A DNA stretch of 59,832 nt, the filler included. It is 7 parts of 7 records of this genome, joined end to end, with 100 filler letters (N's around TTAATTAATTAA, not from the genome) between each part and the next. Parts side by side here need not be neighbours in the genome. Positions count along the whole stretch, not along the records: positions 16,701 to 23,212 come from SRR2962707_3305; positions 23,313 to 30,880 come from SRR2962707_3306; positions 30,981 to 45,952 come from SRR2962707_3310; 4 more parts are not named here. One strand, given 5' to 3'. Position 1 is the first letter of the stretch, and each line of letters opens with the position of its first letter. Shown here one piece after another: positions 22,801 to 35,742 of this stretch. The notes beneath the pieces are model-generated. The model saw nothing but the letters and a program-made list of their open reading frames with translations. It was not told the origin of the DNA and made no database searches. The translations under genes were made by a program, and so were the position numbers.

Positions 22801-23122
22801 CGAAGTGCTCGAGGAGCAGTTGAAAGACAACGCAAAAACATATGCTGGCGAGATTTCAGCTCTGACGTTTCGGTTGATTGCCCACGGGGTTTCTGAAGTC
22901 AGCGATGACGAGGTGGACGATGAAGAAGACAATAACCAAGCAGCCGTACAGGAGGGAGGCGATGACGACGATGCTGCCGATGCTGGCGGCGGCGACAGCG
23001 ACGGCGACGAGGACGGTGGCGACGACGGCGACGATGATGAAGTCGACGATGATGATGATGATGACGAAAACGATGATGATGGGGACGATGACGACGATGA
23101 TGAAGATGCTGACACGGAATAG
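16813..23122 (+). CDS. Eukaryotic multi-exon coiled-coil protein, CCDC33-like C-terminus, probable C2-like segments
   Basis: Many short GT-AG introns. Segments AIRQCGTEIVLLRKEKQRLSIENDRL, LESTAVTQSRVIEKLQQLL and ARIEVLEEQLKDNAKTYAGEISALTFRL resemble CCDC33 as recalled. Full exon structure not resolved; it could be more than one gene. Confidence 0.55.
22905..23110 (+). repeat. GAY-rich coding repeat encoding a poly-Asp tail
   Basis: gat/gac trinucleotide runs. Confidence 0.9.
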
Positions 23123-23212
23123 TTTGCGAAGCGCATCGAAGTCCCGTCTTCCTTTGAATAACAAGTCCAAAATAAAAGTTTCAATGTATGTTGCGTTTAA
23201 TGTATGTACCTG

Positions 23213-23312
23213 NNNNNNNNNNNNNNNNNNNNNNNNNNNNNNNNNNNNNNNNNNNNTTAATTAATTAANNNNNNNNNNNNNNNNNNNNNNNNNNNNNNNN
23301 NNNNNNNNNNNN
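23213..23312. other. Artificial contig linker
   Basis: N-run, TTAATTAATTAA, N-run. Confidence 0.99.
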
Positions 23313-23392
23313 AACAACAACAACGACGACGACGACAACAACCACAACGACAACAACAACTACAACAACAACAACGACTACAACAAGCACAA
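23313..23392 (+). repeat. (CAA/CGA)n repeat, probably coding poly-Gln
   Basis: Reads QQQRRRRQQPQRQQQLQQQQRLQQAQ, in frame and open into the 23486 ORF. Confidence 0.8.
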
Positions 23393-26300
23393 TACTTACA
23401 CACACGGGATGCTTCTCCGCACCGTGCGTGGAACAACAGCTCTCGCTCACTTCCTGCAGCGACTCCGATCGTCGACTTTGATTCGATGGAATTCGCTGAG
23501 AGCACGAAAGTGTTGGTGGAAGACGACGCCTCGGCTGATCTCGACATTCGGAGCTTGAACGTAGCCGAACCGGCGCTGCTGAGTCGAAGTCGGGGAGCGC
23601 ACTCGGGGTTCGCTGCGAGCGAAGCTTCTACGAAGCGCGAGGTCTTTGACGCTGCAGAGTTGCTCCCACCCCCTTTAAACCTCGGCCCTGGGTTGCACCA
23701 GAGAGTCCGCAATCGAGTGTTGAAGAACTTTCGGGACTGGGTTCGGGAGAACAATCGAAATGTCAACCGCACGGACACCCAGCGAAGGTCTCTGCCAGGT
23801 AAATTTGCAGATATATTCACGGATAAGAAGTTTTTCCGGTCGTTTCTCAAACAGCAATTGCGGAAAAGCAACGCGCCGGTGAGTTCGGTTGACCACGTTC
23901 GACGTTGCCAGGCTGGTATTCAATTCGTTGCTTGCCAATTCGCTGTTTTGTACTCCGTGATTGGTAACGCTGCGCTGGTTTCGTGGTCCCATGTTTGTGT
24001 CCCAGGCGAAGCTTTTGCAGTGGGTAACCAAGTCCTTGAAACATGGGGGCCCATCGGGGGGTCAAATGCGGCAACTGTTGGAGGGCTTGGTGTTGGGCCA
24101 AATCAATTCAGACGACATGAAGAAAGTGGCGCGTGCTGCAAAACGTCGGGGTGGTGCGAAGGATGCTGAATCCGGGAACGGCCAACCAAAGCCAAAAGAA
24201 CGGAACTCCTTGTCAAAAGAACCACGCACACTGGCTCATGCCAAGCCTCGGAGTACTCGCAAAGCAAGCCGGCAGGTGCGCAGGGAGTTTTGGGCATGAT
24301 TGGCTGGCTCGTGATTTATTTACCACTGTGCTCACTCTGTTGCAACGTACATATTGCCGGAAAAGAAGAATACCGGACCTGCATGTTCCGTGTCAAGAAG
24401 TGTTGATTCAGGCCACCGCTCTGCAAAGCCGAAAAGCTTGTGTCATCTTCGAATCGCTAGCACAGCGTTGCTCCTTGCTCGCATCCGCCAGGGCATTATG
24501 ATTCTGGGTGGGCAAATGTATGCGTGCATTCGATGATTTTTACTTGGCATTGTCGTTGTCCACCTTGACATTCTTGGCAATCACAGGTCAAACAAACGTT
24601 GCGCCGGAAATGAAGTCTGCCACCACCTTTAGCGCTGCATCATCGACAATGTTTAATCGTACGCCCTTGAAGCACTTCGTTTCGCCAGCATTGTTGTTCC
24701 GTGTTCCAGCCTTTTATTTTGTTCGTTGACGTGCGTTGCAGAAGCCGCTCTGCCACCACATGCACAATCATGGCGCTCCAAGCGACTGCACAAATGCTTC
24801 CGAGACTATTTTAACAACGATCACGTGAACGGAGTCTTGACACCGACTGCTTTGCGCGCAGTGTTTACAAATGTGCAATTGCTGGCGAGGCGAGGCTCCC
24901 CGTTGAACATGTCCAAAGCGTCTGCAGCACAGGCTGGACCCCAAGATGAGGTTTTAGACTGGGTTCTCTCTCGCAACGAGGTTTGAATGAGTGTGCTTGG
25001 AGCGATTGTATGCGTGACTCGCTGTGCACCGTTGCGAATCAATGCGTAAGAGCCTGCGACGAAACATGAACAGGTGCGCGCGTTAACGGATTTAATGGAT
25101 CTAGATGGAGACGGACAGGCACGTCAGACCATAGTCGCGAGAATTGCGGAGTGTTCTATCAATGTTTCGATGATGTGAACTATTCAGCACGCATATGCAT
25201 TTTCACCCTTGTTGCAACAGATTCGGGAGGAAGATTTCGTTGGTTTCTTTTTGAGGGAGACGGCCGGTCTTCACGTGCGAAGCTTTAACCAGTTCACTAC
25301 GCAGCTTGGCGATTCTAGTGGCTGGACACTTGCCAAACAGCATTTTGGGAGTCGCAAACCGAAGCAATCTGGCAGCCGCCCTCAAATTTCTAGGTGGTGG
25401 CCGTCAGACCTTGACAGGTGGGGTCACTGTGTGGAAAAATCATGCAGATGTGCGCTCGTTTGACACGAAAACCCTGACGGTGTGCATGTAATTTTCTTGA
25501 AATGGGTCTTTGACTGGTTATGAACGTTGCGCACGCTTTCAAGTGCGACCCCAAATCAAACATCGAAAGATGAGTCTTCGACCTCACACTTCAGTCGCCG
25601 TATGCAACGGCGTCCTGTTTCTGTGCGAGTGCCAGTCACGACCCCCAAAGAGTCCCAGGGCCAAGTTCGAAGGATGGACTTTTCTAAAACACTATATCGC
25701 GGAGAAACCAGGTTGAGCGAAATTTCAGATACTAACCAGACATTGAGAAAGAGCGCCAGCCACTTGCAAGTTGATGACTGGGCGAAACTGTTCTGGAGCG
25801 GCTTTCGTGCGAACCAGCTCGATATGAATGCTTCTCAACCAGCGCTCGTAATTGTGTCGCGTGAATTGTCGAACGTGGCCAATCGGAGCGAGCGCAACCA
25901 AGCAACTGCGAATGAAACCGAGGCGACGGGCACAGCCGGTGCGTGGAAAATGTGATGCTCACCCTTTTGATTTCCTACAGGATGTGTCCAGTCGCTGACA
26001 TGACTGCGTCTGTTCGCCACACCCAGAACTCCAGACCGATGGGCGAGTGTTGAGGCTGAATGATACAGAGCCGGGAGGTGTATGGCGAGCGATTAGGGAC
26101 CGGGTATGCGCCTGTTACATTGCAATGCACGGGGAATTTTGTGTTTTTGCCCCTGACATCCTGTTTGTGGACTACGCGGCATTCAGGTATTGTCCGCCAC
26201 TTTCGATGGCCGTGACGTTGCAGTGTTTAACTCTGCTCCGAGCCCAGGAATTGTAACGCCGTTTGTGCCAGGAATTCCACTCGGAATCCGTCATTGTTGT

Positions 26301-29043
26301 AGCTTGTTTACCAACGTGGTTCGTATGAACGGCAGCTTTGATCCACGCCGAGTGCACTTTGAACACCTCCATGGCTCGGTCATGGGACATTTTGCCACCG
26401 ACTTTTTCGCGGCACTGAGCAATGCCGAAAAAGAGGAGGACCCCCCGGCGCTGCCGTCGAGGGGAAGTTTTCAGAGCAAGGAAAAAACATCATACGCAGT
26501 GGAAATGCAGTTTCTTGAAGTTGCTAACGCTGGAGAATGCTGTGGCGAGCGTCCAACTTATGTAGACTTGCTTAGCCCTTTTGCACCTGGCTCCTCAGAT
26601 GCGCGGGAACCTGACGCAACGGGCCTCTATGACACCGCGACCGAGACCATGCGACCTGTTTGGAAGGTGAATAATAACATCCAATTTCATAAAGCGGTTC
26701 AACATGCAGATGTGATGCAGGCGAGCGACGAGAACGCCGTTGACGAAAGTGGCAGCTACGAAGATGGTACATGGACCTTCGCTGGTGCGACGGCACATCC
26801 GGTGTCTTCAGTGCAGGAATTTCTGGCACAAGTCGGAGTAGGGCTTCAAGTCCGCGCTTTGGCAAAGTCAAGCACGCCGTCCACGGTATGCTTGCTGTTG
26901 CAAGATTCTAGATTCATTGTGTTCTCTGCGTCTGTCGTGTTCATTTTTTTTCTTTTATTTTTTTTTTGTTGAATGTAGGCCAACGGTGGGACTTTCACTG
27001 TTCTTACTTTGTCAATTGTCCGAAAAATTGAGATTTTTCACAGGACTGACAACACCGACGACGCTGAAGCGCAAATTTTCAATGAATGGAGACGCACTAC
27101 GACGATTCAAAACTTTCTGGGGCGAGTTGACTTTGTGGACTTTCCAGCAGAAATGCTGGCTGCCACCGACGCAGGATCGATGCCGAATGACGGCACTGTG
27201 CTGAGGTCAATGCTTGACGTCTTTGCAAAGGCAAGCGCCAGCGTTAGTGCCCCTGTTCGGCACGGATTCTTCGTCCACAATTATGTCAAGAACACGGGAA
27301 CCCAGTCGAATGCCGTTGCGCATTCATTGGCGGCGGCTAGTGCTGAGACGCCACATTCCAGGCGAAGCCAACACGGGATGGCAGAGCGACGCTCCGCTCT
27401 CACAGTTTCAACTCAACTACGGAAAGCGCGGGGTGTTTTAGAAAAAGTTGCGCAGGAGTTGCACAATTGTTTGGAGGAGTCCCGAGCCGCTGAGGCGGCC
27501 TTCGGACAGGAGATTTCTGGCTGCGAGCCGCACGCACAGCGGCTGGAGGAACTCCGCCGACTGTGTAAACTCTTGAAACAGCAAGCTGCAGCGTTGGACG
27601 CTTTTCACGCACGGAAACTCAGCCATGTGGCGCGCCTTCACCGAATTGTGCTGGATTCGGCGCGCATTGACGAAGCGCCTTGCAAGCTAGCCGCCCCTTC
27701 TCAGTGGAGACAATTATTTTTGCGTCATTGTGGTATTGCTCCCATGACTGACTCCGTCTCGGCAGATTCCTTGCTGCTTTTGTCCGTCAACCCATGGGTG
27801 CGTTGCATATCAATTGCTACTGTTACTTGTCAGCTCAGCATTTGCTGTCGCTCGAACCGTATCAGCTGGCCCTTGTGCACGATAGGTACCTGAGCTTTCA
27901 GCCCTCTTACCATACGAAATACGCTCCGGCAAAACGTATCTTGTTCGTCCGCTTAATTGTCGATTCGACTCTGCTACGGAATTCACAACCCCCGACACTC
28001 AATTTGTGTACATCCGCGACGAAACCGCAGATTTGAGGGGACCTCTGGCGCCTGAAGCACGTATGGTTGTGTCAGCACCGGGGCAGATCACTCTGACACG
28101 TCCTTCGAACGGCCGACGAGTGTTGATTAATGGCGCTCAGCCCCTCTGGAAACAGAGCTTCGAAGACGGCGGTATGGTGGCCACCATCAACGACGGCGAC
28201 TTTTTGACCCTTGGCATTGCCGCAACTTTCATGGTTGTGTCGTCGGGAAGGGGCAAATTCTACCCCCGCCTTAGCCTGCCTATCATTTGGCGTGACGCGT
28301 GCTTGAGTTTGCTGACCTTTCTTCCCCACGGACTGCGCGCTCCAACAACTGTGGCAGCTGAAGTCGCGGAAAGTGACTTTGAAGCTGGCAGTAGCGACGG
28401 GCTGTGCTCCTTTGTAAAGCCCATCGCACTGAAGTTGCCGATGGTGCGAGACATTCTCCTGCCAATCACCGCTTCCCATTGGGCCCAAAGTGATTTGCCA
28501 GGTGAAAATGCCTCGAGCTCTTCCGTTGCAGCGGACGATGCAGAACATCTTCAGATCGAAAGCGCCTGTACATTTCTCATTACAGCGGCGTGTGCGATGG
28601 AGCTGTCACTTGCGGCGTGCAGTTTGTTCGACGAGCCGCCAATTCACACAACCTTGACGTTGTCGTTTGATAGTACGACCTTTGCCCAAGACACAAGCAG
28701 CAGCCGATTCAACATCTCGCGCGCGCTTCAATTTCAAGTTCAGCTGCTCGCTGGTTCAGAGTTCGCAAACCAGGCTCGTGCTGATGGTCTCATGACTAAG
28801 CTGAGCGCGTCGGGCAGCGTAATTGAGTTGACGCAAAAGCTTTCTCTCGTCTTGGCGTTGGTGCATCGCGTGCAAAGTGCGCGAGTGGCCCGTGTCCGTC
28901 ACCAATTCCTTCAAAACCTTGATGCCAACCAGTGTGATCTGGTGGCGTCGGCCCCTGAGTGGTGGCTGAAGCATGACTCGGTGTTTGTCCCATCGGCTCC
29001 ACAGAGGTTGCAAGATTTAGTGCAGCAGCTCAAATTACAATGA
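23315..29043 (+). CDS. Eukaryotic multi-exon protein, 5'-truncated: poly-Q, EF-hand, degenerate kinesin motor, coiled coil, FHA-like
   Basis: Spliced EF-hand DLDGDGQ|IREEDF. Kinesin-like YAVEMQFLEV..VDLLSP..GATAHPVSSVQE..GRVDFVDF. FHA-like GQITL..VLING..INDGDFLTLG. Confidence 0.6.
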
Positions 29044-29090
29044 GGGAGCGACCTCGCCGAGCAGTGGTTCCAGGTTTCTAATGTTTATGG

Positions 29091-30529
29091 TCATGGGGGT
29101 GGCACGGTCGAATTTTGGTTGTCATCTACAGTTTGATCTGAGCTACGGGTAGGTGCTGCCTTGATCGAGCTCTGGACAATTGTCAAAAGCGTTGCCCATT
29201 TTGTGCGTTCAGACCGAGTTAGTTCTTCGATGTGTGTTTTGCCTTTCGACACAAGTCTATTTCGGAGCTCGCACGCGACGTTGCAATCACTCACTATCTT
29301 CGTTCGCTTTGTCGATGGCGGCTCATCTGAATTTGCAAGAACAGCTGTGGCTCTGTCGGTAGCGTCAGCTGACAACGGTGGCAGCAGCGCGTTGACACGG
29401 TCGATGAACTCCTCGGCTGTGTCGAATAGCAGTTCCTTGGCATCTTCACCAAAGACAGCTTGGAGCAAGTATTGGTTGCCCGGGTTCCGTCTCGCGCACG
29501 CCAAAGTGCCTATTGCAATTGCTTCTTGCAGTGCAGCGCACATTCCTTCGTTTACGGACGAGTTGACCACCTGACAGAAAGCAATTCGAAAGTTCATTGA
29601 CAGCGGGCGTTGGTGCACAACATTCAAATCAGTACGCCACGCACACCACCCCGGCCGTACCATGTCTGCAGATTTAATCATGTCCAACAGCACATCTCGC
29701 GTTTGTTGCGGGTACATTTTGATGGCCCCACGGCTCTCTTGAACGCGCTCGTGCACTTTGGCGGCATAAGCATAGTGAATGACACACCCAACGATAACGA
29801 GTGTGTACACATGTCCATCACCCCAGGCGGCATCAACCGCATCAAGAAGAAACAACACGTCTTTGACAGGCCGTAGATTTGCCACCAACAGCACCACCTT
29901 TGTCCCTGCGAAGGCCAGCACAGTCACATATTCACAGTCCCGCAAGTAGAAAGCAATTCTGCACCTCACACACTTCGTTCAGCGATAGGTGACTTACCTG
30001 GCTCCACATCAGGGTACACAAAGGGAGTTGGGCTCACCGACGACTCATGGAGGTCCACGCCTTGAGAAATCTCGTAGACAGTGGGAGTCACGGGCAGGCA
30101 ACTGCTCGTCAAAACTGCTCGCGCCGTGTCGCATAAGGGCGTACTGAAACCAACCACTGCGCACGACTTCTCCAGAACGGACAGCAAGATCTCCCCCTTT
30201 TCCGTCAGTTGAAGCTCGCTGCCTTGTGTCGGCGATGCATTGCCATCACTAAGTGCGGTGGCTGCTTCAAGCACGTCATTAGCGTCAGTGCCCCCAAGTA
30301 CCAGCACAATCGGCGTATTCTTATGTGCTCGTAGGAGAGGCACTGCAGAGCGCATGGCATGGATGCAAACAAAGAAGTCGGGCGCAGCTAGGAACCGGAA
30401 AGACCTGGCGTTAAAGGCGTCCACGATTATGGTCGTGTGACCCAGGTCTTTCAAAATGCCGACTATTCGCAGGGCAGTGGTCCGATTGCCGGTCGTGAGC
30501 TGTAGAGGAGATACGACTGCGATGTGCAT
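29091..30529 (-). CDS. GT-B glycosyltransferase, GLT1D1-like / SenB-related; three exons
   Basis: TGNRTTA, HAMRSA, VLGGTD, NLRPVKD, VNSSVNEGMCAALQEA, ARRNPGN. GT-AG introns at 29906-29997 and 29571-29660 keep the frame. Confidence 0.8.
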
Positions 30530-30880
30530 GTTGAGCGTGGACTTGCGCTGTTGTCTCTTTCAATCAATCCCAACCTCGGTTGTAGCTGCGTATTGGTTGA
30601 GCGAGGCTCCCGCTTCGAGAGCTGGCGGTTCAAGCAGCAAACTGCCGCCACCCACAGAGCCCGAGACAATCACGTTTGCAACTTCATGCGGTGTGCCGCT
30701 CAATGGTTGTGCTCGTGGGTTGAACCCATTGCCGAATGACTGACTCCCGCCGGTCGATACGCAGACGTTCACATTGTAAATTCGCCGAACTTTTTTTCTG
30801 GAAGCCATTCGAGACATACATACAAACATCATACATACACATTTGCGGCTCACTGTATTCCAAGAAGCACAGCGGGGCAG

Positions 30881-30980
30881 NNNNNNNNNNNNNNNNNNNN
30901 NNNNNNNNNNNNNNNNNNNNNNNNTTAATTAATTAANNNNNNNNNNNNNNNNNNNNNNNNNNNNNNNNNNNNNNNNNNNN
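30881..30980. other. Artificial contig linker
   Basis: N-run, TTAATTAATTAA, N-run. Confidence 0.99.
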
Positions 30981-31782
30981 GGAACGCTCGATGGCCGACA
31001 AGATCGACCGGCAGCTGACCCACCGTGCAGCCGCGCGTTCAGTCACCGGGCTGGCCTCGATGCTGGCCCATGAGATCAAGAATCCGCTGTCGGGCATTCG
31101 CGGTGCCGCGCAACTGCTTGAAGCATCGGTGGGCGACGAGGATCGCGCTCTGGCACGGCTGATCCGTGACGAGACCGACCGCATCGTTTCGCTGGTCGAC
31201 CGGATGGAGATTTTCTCCGACGAACGGCCGGTTGACCGGACGCCAGTCAATATCCACTCCGTGCTTGATCACGTCAAAGCGGTGGCAAAAGCCGGGTTCG
31301 CGCGAAAGATCAAGTTTACTGAGCTTTATGATCCGTCGCTGCCATTTGTTTACGCCAATCGCGATCAGCTGATTCAGATCTTCCTCAATCTGGTGAAGAA
31401 TGCAGCGGAATCCATCGGCGACGACCCCAACGGCGAAATTGTCCTGACCACGGCCTACCGCCCGGGAATCAAATTGTCGGTCGCCGGCACACGTGAGAAA
31501 ATCTCGCTGCCGCTCGAGTTCTGCGTCCAGGACAATGGGCCTGGCGTCCCCGCCGATCTCGTCTCGCATCTGTTTGATCCGTTCATCACCACCAAGACCA
31601 ATGGATCGGGCCTTGGCCTGGCCCTTGTTGCGAAAATTATCGGCGGCCATGGCGGCATTGTTGAATGTGACAGCCAGAGCCGCAAAACCACCTTCCGCAT
31701 CCTGATGCCGGTATCGCCCGACGGCCGGCCAATAAAGCCGCTGCCGTCTCCCAAGGGCAGGGCACTGGAACAAAAGGACTGA
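30981..31782 (+). CDS. ntrB: Nitrogen regulation sensor kinase NtrB; 5'-truncated
   Basis: [19 protein letters not shown], HATPase motifs, position before ntrC. Confidence 0.95.
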
Positions 31783-31786
31783 ACCG

Positions 31787-33238
<1,452 letters not shown>

Positions 33239-33283
33239 TGCCACCGGAAGCGCAAGGTGTCGCTTGACAGCTTCTGGTCAGAC

Positions 33284-33320
33284 GTTGCATTTTCGCCACA
33301 TTATGTTGCTTCTTCGCAAC
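33284..33320. promoter_or_regulatory. Tandem palindromic sites upstream of ntrY
   Basis: GTTGC-N6-GCCAC at 33284 and GTTGC-N6-GCAAC at 33305, 21 bp apart. TTGACA at 33264. Confidence 0.5.
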
Positions 33321-33357
33321 GGTAGGGTTCGAGCGCAATTGAGGTGGCAAGCAGCAG

Positions 33358-35742
33358 ATGGCAATCGACGCAGCGTCCGGACCCGCACATGCAGGTTTGG
33401 CACATTCAGGCAACCTATCCCTTGCTCAGGGCGATGATACCCTGCGGCCGGACGGCGCCGGCGCTTCGGGCGAGAACCCGGAAGCTGGTGGCCCGGAGGG
33501 TAGTTCGATGATAGGTGCTGCCGGACAGCGTCGAAACCTGTTTACGCTGCCAGGCATCGCGCTGGTCGTCTCGGCGTTTCTCAGTGCCCTGATCTCCTTT
33601 GCAATCCTGCTTGGCCTGACGCCGATCGAGCCAGTCGATCAGATCGTGCTCGGCGCGGTGGTGGTCAACCTGGTCTTCGTCATAGGACTGGTGACGCTGG
33701 TGTTTCTCGAGATTCGCACCCTGCTCAGGGCGCGGCGGCGAGGCAAGGCGGCGGCAAAACTTCATATTCGCATTGTCGGACTGTTTTCGATCGTGGCAAT
33801 TCTGCCGGCAATCCTGGTGGCTATTGTGGCATCGATCACGCTCGATGTCGGGCTTGACCGCTGGTTCTCGCTCCGCACCAAATCAATCGTCAATTCATCA
33901 CTGTCTGTGGCGCAAGCCTATGTTCTGGAAAACGCACGGTTTTTGCAAGGTCAGACAGTGTCCATGGCCAATGATCTGGACAATGCCCGCTCGCTTTATA
34001 CCCTTGATAGGGTTGGCTTTACCCAGTTCATGACCCGCCAGGCCGTAGGCCGCGGTCTGCTGGGTGCGTTCCTCGTGCGCGAAGACGGCAGTGTGATCCT
34101 GCAGGCCGACATAGAGACAGAGCGGCCACTGCCGGCGGTGCCCGCCCAGGCACTCAAGGATGCGGTCAAGGGCCAGCCGACGCTGATCCCGCCGGGCATC
34201 ACCAATCTGGTTGGCGCACTGATGCCGATGCAGCAGATCAGCGGTACGCTTCTCTACACCGTCCGCGTGGTTGATGCTGAAGTCATGCGCTCGATGCGGT
34301 TGATGGAAGAGGCGACCCAGGAATACCGCACCCTGGAGCAGGGGCGTGCATCGCTGCAGCTGGCTTTCGGCATTCTCTATCTCGGCTTTGCGCTTATAGT
34401 CTTGCTGTCGGCGATCTGGACCGCGATAGCGGTTGCTGACCGTCTGGTTCGTCCGATCCGGGTGCTGATCGGCGCATCCGACGATGTCGCCAGCGGCAAT
34501 CTTGATGTGGTGGTCCCGGTGCACGCGTCCGATGGCGACGTTGGGTCGCTAGCGCAGACATTCAACAACATGATCGTGCAGATCCGAACCCAGCGCGACG
34601 AAATTCTGTCCGCAAAAGACCAGATCGATGACCGTCGGCGTTTCACGGAAGCCGTGTTGTCCGGCGTGTCGGCGGGTGTCGTCGGTGTCGATCACAATGG
34701 CACAGTGACAATTGCCAACCGTTCCGCCTGCGAGATTCTGGGCGACGGCGAAGAGGACGTGATCGACCATCATTTCACTCAGCTGGCGCCGGAATTTGAA
34801 ACCGTCATGGCCGAAGCCTCCATGCGACCGAGATCGGCGGCAATGGCGCAGGTGACACTGCACCGGAGCGGCAAGGAACGCACCCTCAACGTCAAGGTGA
34901 GCCGCGAGGAGAGCCATGATGGTCTGGAATCCTTTGTCGTGACACTCGATGACATCACCGATCTGATGATTGCCCAGCGTTCCACCGCCTGGGCCGATGT
35001 TGCCCGCCGCATCGCCCACGAAATCAAGAATCCGTTGACGCCGATCCAGCTCTCCGCTGAACGCATTCGCCGCCGTTACGGCAAGCAGATCCCCGAAGAC
35101 GATCGTGCCATCTTCGATCAATGCACGAACACAATCGTTCGTCAGGTCGAAGACATTGGCCGCATGGTCGATGAGTTCTCATCATTTGCCCGTATGCCGA
35201 AGCCGTCCAAGGTTCGCACCGACTTGCGCGAGATCCTCAAGGACGCTGCCTTCTTGCGGGAGGTCAGCCGGTCGGACATTGAGTTCAAGAGCGAATTTCC
35301 TGATTTTCCGCTGGAGGGAGAATTTGACCCGCGGATGTTGGGGCAGGCGTTTGCCAATCTGGTCAAGAACGCCACAGAGGCGATCGATGCGGTTCCATCA
35401 GACCAGGAGCGCTCTGGCAAAACCATTATCGTGCGGGCCGCGCTCTCACCCGATGAACGCGAGTATGTTGTCGATATCATCGACAACGGACGCGGGTTGC
35501 CCGGCGAGAACCGTCACCGCCTGCTCGAGCCCTACATGACGATGCGCGACAAGGGCACGGGTCTCGGTCTCGCCATCGTCAAGAAGATCATTGATGATCA
35601 TGGCGGCACGATCCAGTTGCGCGATGCCCCGGCAGATGTCGACGAAGGCAAGGGTGCGATGATCACCGTCCGCCTCCCGGTGGACGCGCAAACCAGCGAA
35701 AAGCAAGAAGAAAACGAAAGGGAACCGGCAGATGGCGTCTGA
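33358..35742 (+). CDS. ntrY: Sensor kinase NtrY
   Basis: [28 protein letters not shown]. Start codon uncertain. Confidence 0.95.
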   Translation: MAIDAASGPAHAGLAHSGNLSLAQGDDTLRPDGAGASGENPEAGGPEGSSMIGAAGQRRNLFTLPGIALVVSAFLSALISFAILLGLTPIEPVDQIVLGAVVVNLVFVIGLVTLVFLEIRTLLRARRRGKAAAKLHIRIVGLFSIVAILPAILVAIVASITLDVGLDRWFSLRTKSIVNSSLSVAQAYVLENARFLQGQTVSMANDLDNARSLYTLDRVGFTQFMTRQAVGRGLLGAFLVREDGSVILQADIETERPLPAVPAQALKDAVKGQPTLIPPGITNLVGALMPMQQISGTLLYTVRVVDAEVMRSMRLMEEATQEYRTLEQGRASLQLAFGILYLGFALIVLLSAIWTAIAVADRLVRPIRVLIGASDDVASGNLDVVVPVHASDGDVGSLAQTFNNMIVQIRTQRDEILSAKDQIDDRRRFTEAVLSGVSAGVVGVDHNGTVTIANRSACEILGDGEEDVIDHHFTQLAPEFETVMAEASMRPRSAAMAQVTLHRSGKERTLNVKVSREESHDGLESFVVTLDDITDLMIAQRSTAWADVARRIAHEIKNPLTPIQLSAERIRRRYGKQIPEDDRAIFDQCTNTIVRQVEDIGRMVDEFSSFARMPKPSKVRTDLREILKDAAFLREVSRSDIEFKSEFPDFPLEGEFDPRMLGQAFANLVKNATEAIDAVPSDQERSGKTIIVRAALSPDEREYVVDIIDNGRGLPGENRHRLLEPYMTMRDKGTGLGLAIVKKIIDDHGGTIQLRDAPADVDEGKGAMITVRLPVDAQTSEKQEENEREPADGV

